A stretch of 63,159 bases of DNA, the filler included, from Hausera hauseri (taxonomy: Eukaryota): NCBI GenBank assembly GCA_046269625.1. It is 11 parts of 11 records of this genome, joined end to end, with 100 filler letters (N's around TTAATTAATTAA, not from the genome) between each part and the next. Parts side by side here need not be neighbours in the genome. Positions count along the whole stretch, not along the records: positions 8,831 to 13,590 come from JBJURY010447135.1; positions 13,691 to 19,435 come from JBJURY010196081.1; positions 19,536 to 24,106 come from JBJURY010523237.1; 8 more parts are not named here. One strand, 5' to 3'. The translations under genes and the position numbers were made by a program. Position 1 is the stretch's first letter. The number at the start of each line of letters is the position of its first letter. Below, piece by piece: positions 11,901 through 24,206 of the stretch. Below the pieces are notes generated by a model. That model was not told where the DNA came from, did no database searches, and saw only the letters and a list, made by a program, of their open reading frames with translations.

Positions 11901-13400
11901 GGGTTACCCGGTTCCTTTGGCCACCATAGCCTTACTTCTCGTATCTGTCTGTTGCACAGCTACTATTGGTTTGGCGTGCACTTCAGAACTAATTATCTGA
12001 TGCAATTGAGCACCTGCGTTGTATTTTTCCATTACCGTTTTCTTTCTCAACGGTTTACTTGAATCTTCTGTGTTTAGGAAATCCAGTTCTTGTTCCTTCA
12101 AGAAGGCAATTGTTTCCTTGGCTTCAGGTTAATATCGAGTAGGAAGGCTTCTCCTATTACTAGATGATAGAGTATGGAGTAGTTGGCACTGTCATTTGTG
12201 GAAAGTGTCGTGTAATGCTAGAGTTCATAAACCTTGTCGAAAGGGACGCCTGGGGCAAAGGGGTCTCTCAATGTTGGGTGCATCGAGGTGTATCCATTAT
12301 ATTATCAACTATTGTGAACATTTTACTACAACACCACTCCATTCTAATACCTTCATGCGTCTGATACAACAAATGGATCCTACCACCAATGGTTTACATT
12401 ACAATTTGTATCAATATGTTGCTAACCATAAGCTAGAACTTCAATAACTCTTTTGGAGTTAACTACGTTTCTTTTCGTGATCTGAATTGACGCAAACGTC
12501 GGTGGAAGATCTCCACCATAGACTGGAGCAGTGACAGTTTCGCCTTCGCCAATGACGCAAGTTCATTTCGTTTATCTAAATTCCATTGAAAGTGAAACTT
12601 GGTTTCCATTCTCTGGTTTTCAACATTTTGTAGTGTGTAACTCGTAGCACTAATGGTTGAGTCATTTTTAGAAATATTGTTCTTTTCACTGTGATTTAAT
12701 ACAGGAGACAAATGGGTACGTTTTGTAGGTACAGAATTCTCGTCCGCGTCAAACGTCTTGGGTTTCTCAGCTGCGCAAGTTTTCATTTCTTTTTCGAGAC
12801 ACTCCAGGAGTTGTGTCACTGCAGTCACAAAGATAAAGAGTAACTAGTAATCACGAATCGCTTTTGTACTGAAGTGCAACACACTCTTTCCGTTCTTGAC
12901 ATCATGTAATACGATTTCTGCTGTGACTTTGCTGTGATATCCAATAAAATCAATAATCCACACAACTCTGTCCAACGGAGGTGTGCTGATGCTTGGCTTC
13001 ACTCAGGCTTGAACACTGAGGCACGGAACTAGTAGAGGATGAGCAACTTTTGTGGGGCTGTATTTCGTGTTTTGCTGAACAACTGCGGCGGACATTGCTG
13101 GTTGCAATGAGTTCATATGGTGTTGCCATTATTCTGACTATTCACTTCTGAAGACTTGTGACTGTATCTGCTGCATTAGTGCGCACTTAGTACATTGTCT
13201 CGGGCCTATCTGTTTTTGGGTGCCGTGATAGTATTCACTGTGTGAGTATTTCCATCTGTTCTGTACATTTCTATTCGGCGTTGTTCCCTGATGCGGTGTC
13301 AGACGTCCATGTCTCCTTTTTTTTTTTTTTTCTTTATCACACTTGCTTGTGTATGAGTTATGCGTCAACTTGTTGGCTTTGTTTGGACGATTGTTCTACT
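8966..13400 (-). mobile_element. Degenerate non-LTR retrotransposon with APE, RT, RNase H and Cys-rich tail (ingi clade likely)
   Basis: APE: FQWN...KET*LT (~12450-12600). RT: KSYQPVAHSLNICKTLEQL...GF and DACNKAFDTVD (~11130-11380). RNase H: LWTDGS (~10030) and HLY*RCGVNSNE..NKLA (~9660-9720). CPF..H..CP tail at ~9000-9050. Many stops and frameshifts. Confidence 0.8.
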
Positions 13401-13690
13401 TGTGAGGTTTCGACAGTGTTCTTCTTTGAGCTACGTATTGCACGTTATATTCATTGTGTTGTGTTCCTTGATTTACACATCCTAATGTAATATGCCATGA
13501 TGCTTCGCGTGTGTTGTTATATTTCTGGTTGGTTGGATAACCCTGACTATTGTTGTTTTCTGAATGTTTGGATATTGTTTGTTTGTTGAANNNNNNNNNN
13601 NNNNNNNNNNNNNNNNNNNNNNNNNNNNNNNNNNTTAATTAATTAANNNNNNNNNNNNNNNNNNNNNNNNNNNNNNNNNNNNNNNNNNNN

Positions 13691-13923
13691 TTTAAATCGG
13701 AAACAATTTTTAACTTTTCCTTGCTCAACTCTATCAATTTCAGTGGATTAAATTGAACTTTAATGATAAATTGAAATTTCTGTCGACCATCGTGGTTCGC
13801 CACAAATGCACCTTCAACATCGTCAATTGCCATGTTACTAATGGGTTGGTTGTTAATGGAAATTATTTTGTCTCCTTCCATAAAACCAGCCAGAGCTGAA
13901 GTGCTGCTGGGTTCATTTGGCAT
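13691..13923 (-). CDS. PDZ-domain protein fragment
   Basis: STSALAGFMEGDKIISINNQPI matches the PDZ consensus S.A..aGL..GD.I..iNG; cut by the contig end. Confidence 0.65.
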
Positions 13924-14049
13924 ATGTAAATTATATGTACTGTATGATAAAAATGTATATAAGAATTGATTTTGTTAATGACAATTTTTTAATTGAATTT
14001 CAAATACAAAAATTTTATTATCGTTGTTACGTTCTGCAGAATTATAAAT

Positions 14050-14790
14050 TGGTGTCAGAAGTCCTTTGCAATGTCGCTGTTTCAGAAAGCAATCAACAAT
14101 GATTTCGAAATCTTTCATGAAATTTTAGAAATATTTCCATTAATATTTTTTGTCGTAGTAGATATCGAAAGCTTTATTTTTAATTTCGATTTAAATATTT
14201 ATCAAGCAAACAAACTTTTGGATTTATCAAGTACTATTCAAGGGTATGTTGATCAAGTTCCTTTTCATTCTATATTAGTTGATGCAGTGAAACACCAGCA
14301 AGCAAAGAAGGGTGCAGGTTATAATATGCTGGGTGATTTAAAGTCTACTTACGTCTGAAATGAATTTGACAATTCCAATAACTCCGGACGGAAATTTCAT
14401 ATTGTTCTTAATGAAATATCCGATCTTTATTTAGCTGATAATAAAATTACGTTTGGATTTTCTAAAAATGAATTGATAAACAATTTAACGTTTCATCCAG
14501 AAATAAAAACCATTATTTGCGTCTTAATTCACGAGAAACCCCTTATGTGGAATATATCAAATATGGTTCGAGGATTGTTGCATTGCAAAACCGGATTAAA
14601 TCTAATCAAGTATCTTTCGCTGAATTTCCCACACCAGTGGCATGCCGTCTGTTATTCATTAATTGATTCGGCGAATAAAGTAATCAATGCTTGAAAAAGT
14701 ATTTTAGGACTGAATCCATCTCAGATTCATTCAATTTTCGAATATTGCGTTAGCAAAGTACTACCGCAGCTCCTTTGGTTTTTATTCAAT
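14050..14790 (+). pseudogene. INTS2: Integrator complex subunit 2, N-terminal fragment with in-frame stops
   Basis: VPFHSILVDAVKHQQAK, EFDNSNNSGRKFHIVLNEI, IICVLIHEKP..MVRGLLHCKTG..LSLNFPHQWHAVCYSLI and LNPSQ parallel the animal INTS2 motifs as recalled (VDFHALEQDASKEQQ, EFEHSDSPRRLRLVLSEL, VAEALLHVRNG..VANVPDSFNEVCRGLI, MNPSQ). TGA at 14356 and 14692. Confidence 0.75.
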
Positions 14791-14811
14791 TTACTAATTC
14801 TTATTAACAAT

Positions 14812-15680
14812 ATGGAAGAACGTTATCAAGAAATTAACGTTTATTTTTCCAAAAGCACAAAGGAAGCACGTGATGAATTTTTTAAATACTATCTCGACAA
14901 TGTCAAAGAGGATAATATTGAAGGTTTAATAAGTTTAGATGACGATACTGAAGTATCGAATGAACCATTTGTTATTACGGATTGGAAATGTTATTCATAG
15001 GATCATGATGTTTCTCTGAATTTATTTAAACCTCCATTTAACTTTTCATATGTGGCTTATTCCATTACCGTGATGATTGATGTTACTCAATCGATGTTTG
15101 CGACAACTTTTGATGGTTAGGTCAAATTTGAAAAAGGACTAATGATTCTACGAGAAGTGTTATTTTTGTACATAAAACTAAATTACCAACTAGGGGACAT
15201 CGGAAAAGTTATCCGTAATGTAATTTGCTTTAAAGACCGTAAAATCATCACAATCTGGAAAGGATGGCAGTTGAACGTTAAAAACTTCCAAGAAATTTTT
15301 TCAACAATTACCCGAAAAATCTACAACTTCATATTGCCGGAAAACGATAATCGACTTTACATTGACATTTCTAAAGTTATTCGGGAAGGAATAATTTCGC
15401 TGAAATTGTTTGAACAAAATGATAAATCGTTTTCTAATATCATTATTGTGACCGATGCCGGGTTTCCGATGCTGGACCCGGTAATTATGGACAAATCAAT
15501 CTCGCTGTTGCGTTACCATTTCATTCCATCTTCGTTTATTAATGTCAAAACGGAGTCATGTAATGCGACTGACCGATATTCAACGTCATCGACAACGGAA
15601 ATGATGAACAGTTAATTTTCATTTCCAAGTCAACTGGTGGATTTTTCGTGTCGAATATTAAAGATGTTTCGACGAAGAAA
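14812..15680 (+). pseudogene. SZT2: SZT2 (KICSTOR subunit), N-terminal fragment with in-frame stops
   Basis: VIREGIISLKLF..SNIIIVTDA..SLLRYHFIPSSFINV..STGGF parallels SZT2 as recalled (MIRQGILALQLL..AGIIVITDG..QLRSGTVACSFVQV..ATFGSY). TAG at 14998 and 15118; frameshift near 15610. Confidence 0.7.
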
Positions 15681-16665
15681 AACATCTTCATAACGCTCAA
15701 CACGTTAATTTTCCGCAATTACTGTTCGTTTGCCGTCAAAGAAAACAGTACATACGTAAAATTTTTTTTCACGAAATCCGACAAAACGGAATTGGTCACA
15801 CCTAATCACTTTGCCGTTATGAAATTGATCGCCGACGAATTTAAGTGTCGTTATACGTCAACATGTTCATCGGGGCTTATTATAAAGGTCCGCAAAGTGA
15901 ATCACTCGATTATAAAACGATTGAGTCGCTGGATAGAAAATTAATCGGGATAATTAAGTCTCTGTTTAATTCTGTAGTCACAATCGGTAAATTTGGATTA
16001 TATCATGAAAACACAGGTGTTGAAGGTGTTAGCTGCATTGAAAACGTTTGCTGGTCGTCAAAACGAATTATCACACCTACTAAATCTAATTACAGGAGAT
16101 TTGTCAACAACTAAATAAGCAGTTGATTTAATTCAAGTGTCAGTAGCGTTAATTATATCAATCTGTGTACATTTCACATTTGAAACAAAACAAACGTTGG
16201 GTGTTATCGATGGCTTTTCGGAAAATTGTGATGAGGATCATGTACTCTGGTCATGGTTCTCTTCAGGGAATTCCGATATTTATTCACATTGCTATTTGCC
16301 GTCTAATAAAGGAACCATTTGCGTATGTAGAAATTTTAGTTTCGAGCAATTCCCTGAGTCTTAATTGCACCACAGCTCTGAGTTATCAGCTTTTCATTCA
16401 GTTTATTTACAATTGTCCAACCATCAAACCCAATAAAAACACATTGATTCAAGATATTGTAATTTGTTCAATTCAGTTGTGACATTTTCCCTTTGTAGTT
16501 GAACTATACAGAGAAATGCATCCACTCATACAAATATTGCAGGATCACAGGCCTGAAGTCAATATCAACATTAGGGCTGCTCTTGGAAATACTGCTATTC
16601 GTTCTCATTCTCTCTGTGACAAAATTGTCAAAAATAAAGCTCTGAACAGCCTTTTATCTCCACGT

Positions 16666-16850
16666 TGTGGTGATGCCTCATGCATGGAAAAGGCGGGGAA
16701 ATTCTTGCCAAAGAAAGGAAACCAAGAAAACGCACAAATTTCAATTCAAAGTAATTTTAATTGGATTACAATTGTACATTTTTCTCTATTTGCGCTACCA
16801 ATGAATTGTCGGACTGATGGATCGAGCGTGCCCGCCCCCGCTGCACCACG
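16666..16850 (-). repeat. Possible short solo LTR
   Basis: TGTGGTG...CACCAC inverted ends, the same terminal heptamer as the LTR starting at 28369. Confidence 0.35.
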
Positions 16851-17129
16851 TCCCTTATCCCTGTTTGTCTTTTCCAATAATATACACTTCTATACCTTTA
16901 GTGCAACACACAGAAATACTTTACATCGCCTTCACAAACATTTATTCTTCCTCCTCCACACTTCAGATTTTTATCTCGTATCATGGCTCTATACTTAACG
17001 GCCATGACCAACTTTTTTCCTTTTCCTCCCAAATCATTCATATCATTCGCCACTTTCGTCAACGGGGTTGATCGGACCCCGATTCTTCTTATGCTGTAAA
17101 CTCCACCAAGACCAGATCAGGACGTCGCC

Positions 17130-19435
17130 CTGCTAATCCTATATAATCTGCCTCTCCTAACCGTCCTTGCACAGATTTTTCCTTGACAAAACTAATTCGA
17201 ATCGCAACTGGCTACAATTCCATTTGCAATGGCTTAAAGCCATTCATATCACAGATTCTTTCTTGCGTGATTATAGCTTGTTGCTACTTCTTCCTGCAAA
17301 TATCAAACAGCAAATCAATAATCTCGCCGATATACTTACCTCTTCAAATCCATATGATGTTTTATTAATAAGTCCCACATATTACCGACCCTTCCATTTA
17401 CAGCATAATACACAAATACTTTAATGAACGTGCTATCGGAACTCAAAAGCCATCTGATTTGCTTAAAACCGGTATTTCCCAACTGAGTTCCTTAGGCGTC
17501 ACTCCTACAAACAATGCAGGTGTTCTTCGTCGGTATTTTCTTTCTTCCTTGCCCACCTCTATCAGAGTGTTGCTTACTGTCATAGACTATTCAACGGCAC
17601 TCGAAAAATTCGCCTTACTGGCAGATACAAGTTTCGACATCTTACAATCAAATAGCTTACAACCAGTTGCTGCAGCAACCTCTCACATAGCATCACACAC
17701 AGATAACATTTTATATTCACAAGAACTGCAAATGATATAGAAACAGTTCGATGCACTTCAACAAGCAATTTCTGCAATTACAGCCCAACTTAGTGATTTA
17801 TCTGTGCCTCGACAAAATGAAAACCGTGTTTCGCGTAATCGTAGCCTTTCCAGACATTCCTTTCGATCCAAATTTTGAGATGGAACAATAATTTGTTTTT
17901 ATCATAAAAATATCCACAGAGACGCATGAAAATGTATTGGGCTGTCGATTTTACGACGAACGTTATGCAGTAGACAACACAATCTGCATTTATCACACAA
18001 AGTATCAGTCCAAGGCTAGGTTGTGTGTTCCAGGATGCAAATGTTATAAGAAGAATTCTAGTTTTTCTCCATCTTTTCCTTCTCCTCTCTCTTTTCATTC
18101 CTCTTCTTTTTCCCGACAAACCTCAAAAAACTAACAACGCCACCAGATGCCACGGCACATTCTGGTATGGGCAATACCGCTGAATCTTCTGTCCGTCTTA
18201 ACACCGCATCTGCAGTTTTTCTGTTAAAAGCTGCATTGCTCCCAAACAATGCTTCACACATCGACTTCCTCATCGATTCAGGAGCTGCCTTTTTGCTCCT
18301 TCCCTTGTCTTTCTCACCTACATCCACTATAGTTTCTTCTCCACCGCTTTTCACTGCCAGTGGTCAACCGTTGCACATCGCAGGTACCACGGAACTGATT
18401 TTCACATTCGCCAACTAGCCAGATAAGTCTGTCTGGAAATTCCACGTGGCTAATATTAAATCCCCAATAATAGACTCAGATTTTCTGGCCGCACATGATC
18501 TGCTAGTTGACTGCAAGTATCGCTGTCTGCTGCGCAGAAACTCCGTCGTGGATGCCGACAAATATCTACCAAACAGCTCAGTATAAACTCCGTTGTTTTC
18601 GGCTGTTAAGTCGCATGTGAATTTGAAAACTTGTTCGTCGGCTAACAACGATACATTTAGTGATTTATCCATTTCCTCCATTACATCTAACGTATTTAAG
18701 TCGGCTTTAAAACAACCGAGTAAACGGAATATTGATGATGGCAGTTACGGTTGTTCTTCGCCAATACCATCCACTGTCGCTTCTGATGATATGGCTCAAT
18801 CATTATCATCGCTGGATTCCAATGTCAAATCCTATATCACAACTTCCTCCTTCCGCACACTGAAAAAGGACGTCAACTTCAAGCCACCTTCTACAACTTA
18901 TCACCAGATAATCACCGAACACCAAAGACCTATCAGACAAAAGGTCAAACCACTGTCACCTCGTAGGCGAAAAGCCGTTGAATCAGAGTTCAACGAATTC
19001 GAAAAGGCTGGCATCATTCGTAGATCAAAATCACCATGGGCTTCACCACTGCATGTAGTAACAAAGAAAGATGGCACTTACAGACCCTATGGTGACTATC
19101 GACAGTCACTGGATGCTTACCATTTGCCTCTCATAAAGTACATCCTGCACAGTCTTACCAATACTAACACGTACTCAACAAGTGACTTGCATAAAGCTTA
19201 TCATCAGATTCTGGTTGCACATGATGATATTCCCAAAACTTCTGTTATTACTCCATTTGGCCTCTATGAATATATCTTCATGCCGTTTGGTTTACGTAGC
19301 GCTTCCCAAACTTTTCAACGACACATTGATACCGTCCTCTCAGGCCTTGACTTAGCTCATCCATACACTGATGACATATTAGTTGCCTCCACATCTGTTA
19401 AACAACATCAAGAACTCCTACGTATCATCTTTCAC
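17130..19435 (+). mobile_element. Ty3/gypsy LTR retrotransposon (CsRn1-like): gag, protease, partial RT, degenerate
   Basis: Gag GTQKPSDLL..FLSSLP..LAD; CHCC knuckle CIYHTKY..ARLCVPGC; protease FLIDSGA; RT SPWASPLHVV, YIFMPFGL, PYTDD. Confidence 0.92.
18125..18166 (+). promoter_or_regulatory. -1 ribosomal frameshift signal (A AAA AAC plus pseudoknot), gag-pol
   Basis: The heptamer directly precedes the gag TAA, and the -1 frame is the protease ORF. ACCAGA/TCTGGT stem downstream. Confidence 0.7.
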
Positions 19436-19535
19436 NNNNNNNNNNNNNNNNNNNNNNNNNNNNNNNNNNNNNNNNNNNNTTAATTAATTAANNNNNNNNN
19501 NNNNNNNNNNNNNNNNNNNNNNNNNNNNNNNNNNN

Positions 19536-20795
19536 ATCCATATGCTCTGCTAACTGGGCAAAGTCCTCATAAATGTCCTCTGTATGGATCTGATAGATGA
19601 AACTATCAGTATCCATATATATCAACTGCATGGACTTGAACTTGGAGACCATAATGTCGTAGTGGAAATGATACATCAGGGTCTTTGACAGGATGAGGAT
19701 TGCCATACCCACATATATGGGCTTGTTGAATACAAAGGATGTTTTTAGCATATGGATGCTGACCAAGTTCTCAGCCTATATGATGCTGCTGTGGAAGTTG
19801 GGCTTGGCAATAAGCTTCTTTGCTCGCTTCCAGTCACATACCAGTTCGATATTGATCCTGTTGTGGATATTCTCCATGGTCTTGCCAAAAACACTCTTGT
19901 TATATAGCTTGAATTGATCCTTCTCAAAGTCGTTTTTGGCATTAGTCCGCAGCTTCGTATGGAGATCTATGTAGGGCTGTAGCCACAGGGACTGGCTGAA
20001 TTGCAGGGCTCCATGGATCTTAGTAATACGAAGTCCATATCTAACTGCCTACTGGAGATTGATGTAGTGGACTACATACCTCTCCCTATTACCCATATGA
20101 CAGAGCAGCTTTATTGCTTTCCATGGGGCGGAGACCTGCTCTCAGGGCGGAAAGGCATCTGTTGATGCCTTGCGTGGATGGCAGCCGAATATTCCATATC
20201 CACCTCCAATATGTAGCCCGTATCTCCAGTGGGATCCAGGTTCAATATATAAATGTTTTCAGGATTCGCGACCCATTTGAAGTTATCATACAGCAATGGG
20301 GCGCTCATTGCATATCCATACAAGTTGTTGGTATCCAGGTATGATATATATGAGGATACCTTGTATGGATCATACTGGGCCATACACTTGTTGTTAGCCT
20401 CGCTATACCGGTGAATGGCCTGGCATATTCCGCCTCTAATGCCTCTCTCGATCATAAGGATCATGTCGTAATCCTTAATGATCTGCAGCCTAATACCAGT
20501 ATAGCGCGGCATTGCTGTCCAACTCATCCCTGGAGCCGTAAAGAAATGAGCCGGATCCAATGCATGTCTCTTTATTGTAACATCCATGAAACTGTCAAAA
20601 TGTCTGTCAGCACGTCCATCTTGAGGTAAATATCACTGTATTCCCCTATTGTCCTGCACTGGAATGCATGCCAGAAGTTCTGGGCATGCTGGTAGTCAAC
20701 ATCACTGATATCTCAATCAGAGAGGATACTGTAAAAGTCATTCTTGTCCGGAAATGAGGTTCCATCCAGTGTTTCCCATGAGGTTATGTAGTCAT
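19536..20795 (-). pseudogene. Polinton/Maverick protein-primed DNA polymerase B fragment (copy 2)
   Basis: LDPAHFFTAPG, ERGIRGG, YLDTNNLYG, KLYNKSVFGK, KPIYVG, YMDTDS; paralogous to ~39900-41160. Confidence 0.93.
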
Positions 20796-23060
20796 TGTTA
20801 GTGTTTGGTCAAAAAGTGTAGTTTGAATTGTTTTCTTCATGTTATTCATATGAGGTGGAATTACTCGATAGTAGAGAGAATAGTGTAAGAGATTAATACA
20901 ACTAACATATAACAATCTGAAGGGTGATTAACGTTCGGTGGTGGTATGACAACTAAATTGTCTGCACCTCTCATTCATAAACGGTGTTTTGATGTTAAAA
21001 TCTATCGTATTATGTTTAATCCACTACAGAATAAGGCGCAAACTTATTTACTTTCTAAGTGATTATTTGTTTTATAAAGTTATAACTGCTATGTTATATT
21101 AATAACTTGCAAAGTGTTCAATATATACTCCAATGACATATAGCTAACAATTTTTCAATATCTATAAACACTATGAGGTTATTATCATTCCTGGTTTAAT
21201 AGAATATTATAATCTTATTAGCTAATATAAACACATTTTCAAGTATCATCATCAAGTTGACCAAACTATCATCAACCTTATATCATTTATATACCTCCAA
21301 TCTTTTAATCTTACTCTATAACACATGGTTAATTGATATAACAATGGTCGACTTTATTAGACAATTTCGCTTTTTATTTGCTTATTAAATTTCACCCTAA
21401 GTATTGGTTCATGACTTTTCTAAATAACCTATTGTCCTTGACCAGATGCTATTAAACTCAATTTGAATACCTGGAACTTTGTTGTATTAATAAAATCGTA
21501 TTTTAGTAAATAAGCATCATATATCCAATTTTATTCACCTCATTATTACCCTAATAACAATTTCATTTTATCAGTTAAAATATCATGTGCTTATGATGGT
21601 CAAAACTTCGAATCACAATTTGTATTATAAACAATTTTACATATCGCATATTCGTAGAAATCGATTGTTTCTAAATCAGTAACGTGATCAAATCTTTACC
21701 TTAGTTACCCATCTAGAACAAAGGAAACTGTTTACATCATTTCATTATTTTCTTCGTCTTCTATCAATATGACACTATCATTAATGATATTCTAATCTAC
21801 CTAATATTTTATAAACAAGTGATATTTAATGATTATTACTTTCGAATGTACTTTAAACTTCAGTCTAATATGCATTTTAAATCTAGCAGTGAAGCTTTTC
21901 CTAACCTTCATAAATATCTGTAATAAAATTATAAACGACCTTTCTACCCATTTTAAATCTATTTTCGTCAGCAATCCAATAGGCTAATACCCAATGCCGC
22001 CAACGAAGGTATCATTTAATGAAAACACGCTTTATTCATAACACAAATAACACATTTATATATATGCACTTTATTTACAAACGGTGTAGATTGGTATCGT
22101 CAAAATTATTATTTTCATTAATAACTAATTTACCCCGGGAATCATCTGTTGCTCGTTGAATCTCGTTATTCGTCTGAGAATCCATTTGTGTATTTCAGCA
22201 CAATGATAAGGAAGAATAAATATCTTCGTAAGAATAGCAATGACCACTGGTTGAATTACAAATCTTTCTTAACGAATTATTATTTCCAACTATCATTTGG
22301 AATACGTGCTCACTAGCATTCAATAAAATTTGTCAACAACTAGTTTGATTTGGTATGGTACAATTATGGTTGTTTTTCTTGTTTTCAATCAGCTTTTATA
22401 CTTTCTGTCATGTGTGCATTAATTTTAATATTCCAAGGCTGATTTCCAAAATTGTCGATTCCATTAGTCAACATGTGTTTTCAAAATTGCCGGTTCCATT
22501 AGTCAGCGTATGTTTTTATTAATTTCGGAAATTACCGATTCCATTATTTCATTAACGTTACCATTTACCATATGATTTTTAAATCGATTTCGTTAATGGT
22601 CAACATGTGTTTCTTAATAAGAGTTCTATTGATTGTCATATGTTTTTCAACATTTATTTTGTTATTCATTAATTTTCATCTTAATCAAAATTTTTAAAAT
22701 ATAATTTTTGCATTAATTAACTAAATGCTTTAGTTTTCGTCTGTATTAATATTATAATCTCCTTTCCTTATCCAAAATGTATTTTAATTGACCGCAAGGT
22801 CTTGTATATTCCATAATCAATTTTTCACATCAATAACACCAATCAACACTATCTGTTTAATTTTCTAATAGCTGGTTAACAACACATTATACACGAACAG
22901 TATGATTATGACACCCAATCAGGGGTTCACAACAGCAAAAGTGCAAAGACGTAAAAGTGCAAAAATGATTGCACAAATAAAGCTTTAATTTACACAATAT
23001 AGTCACAATCATTAAAGTCTGATCACGCTCTTGGGTTAATGCACATAATAAACCCTAACA
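20796..23060 (-). repeat. Probable ~2.27-kb 3' LTR
   Basis: The minus strand begins TGTTAG at 23060, directly after the purine tract AAAGGAGGAAGAAA, and ends CTAACA at 20796 exactly where the pPolB sequence resumes. Patchy similarity to 42345-44890. Confidence 0.65.
22440..22650. repeat. Degenerate ~35-45-bp tandem repeats (AAATTGTCGATTCCATTAGTCAACATGTGTTTT)
   Basis: About 4-5 diverged units within the putative LTR. Confidence 0.6.
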
Positions 23061-23696
23061 TTTCTTCCTCCTTTGAAAAAGCATTCGGTCCTCCGGATCA
23101 CTCTGGGTACTGACATCGATGAAACTGAGATTTCTGGGTCTAATTGTTAAAGTTGCATCATTTATCGGATTCATCCAATGGCACAATCGTTGGGTACGAT
23201 TATCATAGATATAAGAGAAGTGATAGTAGAATGACGGTTGACGGCAATATGGATATGAGATACCTTTTTGGAAGGTCATTCGGAGTGCATCGTTTGGGTC
23301 GATAGACTGAAGTAATTGGGAACGAAGTTTGTTGAAACACGTTGCACATAGATTATGGTTGCACTGAAATTGGACCACTGTTATTCGTTCGGTAAGGCAT
23401 AGGGTGCATTCGTAGTTTGGAAGTTGATCGTAGAAAAGGATTTGTAGTGATGCCCAAAGGTCAGGCGGTGCTAGGTCGGAAATGAGATCGATTGGACATC
23501 TGTTTAAAACTGGAAACCAATATTGTTGTAACGATGATGGTAGTGGAGGACTATGAGATATAGTCCGTATCGGTGTAATTGAAGGTGTAGGTATTGGTAA
23601 TGAAGGTAATGGTTCATTAATCTGTTCAGGATGATAACATGGATGTGGTATTAAAGATGGTTGTTGTAGGAGAGCCGTAACATTTATATGGGGCAA
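23055..23696 (-). CDS. Pro-rich protein with C3HC4 RING finger (copy 1)
   Basis: CTLC..CNH.LCATC..YPYC (seventh ligand C>Y). The decayed Pro-rich frame continues upstream toward the contig end. Confidence 0.75.
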   Translation of the reverse strand: MPHINVTALLQQPSLIPHPCYHPEQINEPLPSLPIPTPSITPIRTISHSPPLPSSLQQYWFPVLNRCPIDLISDLAPPDLWASLQILFYDQLPNYECTLCLTERITVVQFQCNHNLCATCFNKLRSQLLQSIDPNDALRMTFQKGISYPYCRQPSFYYHFSYIYDNRTQRLCHWMNPINDATLTIRPRNLSFIDVSTQSDPEDRMLFQRRKKC

Positions 23697-24206
23697 GGGT
23701 ACTTGGTACGTAATTGGTGATTGTTTAAGTATTGTAGATAGGCTAAAACGATGGATAGGAAATTCAATTCTAGCTGACGATTGTTGTTCTAATCGAAAAT
23801 ATCGTGTCGGCAGTAATTTTGGTATTGGCGTGTTAGTAATGGTGAGGAGGGCTCTTCTAGGATAGTGGAAGTAATAGTATATAAATTGAGGTCAAAAATA
23901 ACATATACTACAGATTAGATATCGGTGTTGGGATTCCAGTTGACAACAATGCTAGCAATATTCGGCATTACAGCAACTAAACTGACAGGATGCTTTAATA
24001 GGTTTGTTGCATAAACAGCAGGTATGAAGTTGAAAATATGGGATAGAAAAAGTGGTTGATACATTTCAGGTATAGTAATATGTAATGTGGTCAGTAGGTT
24101 CGATAANNNNNNNNNNNNNNNNNNNNNNNNNNNNNNNNNNNNNNNNNNNNTTAATTAATTAANNNNNNNNNNNNNNNNNNNNNNNNNNNNNNNNNNNNNN
24201 NNNNNN

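Noticed and set aside
13190-13230. 2A-like peptide (as in L1Tc) near the LINE 5' end
   Set aside because: TQKQIGP does not match DxExNPGP.
13993-15615. Alternative genetic code as a general explanation of in-frame stops
   Set aside because: Both TGA and TAG occur, and neighbouring genes and elements also carry frameshifts, so ordinary decay suffices.
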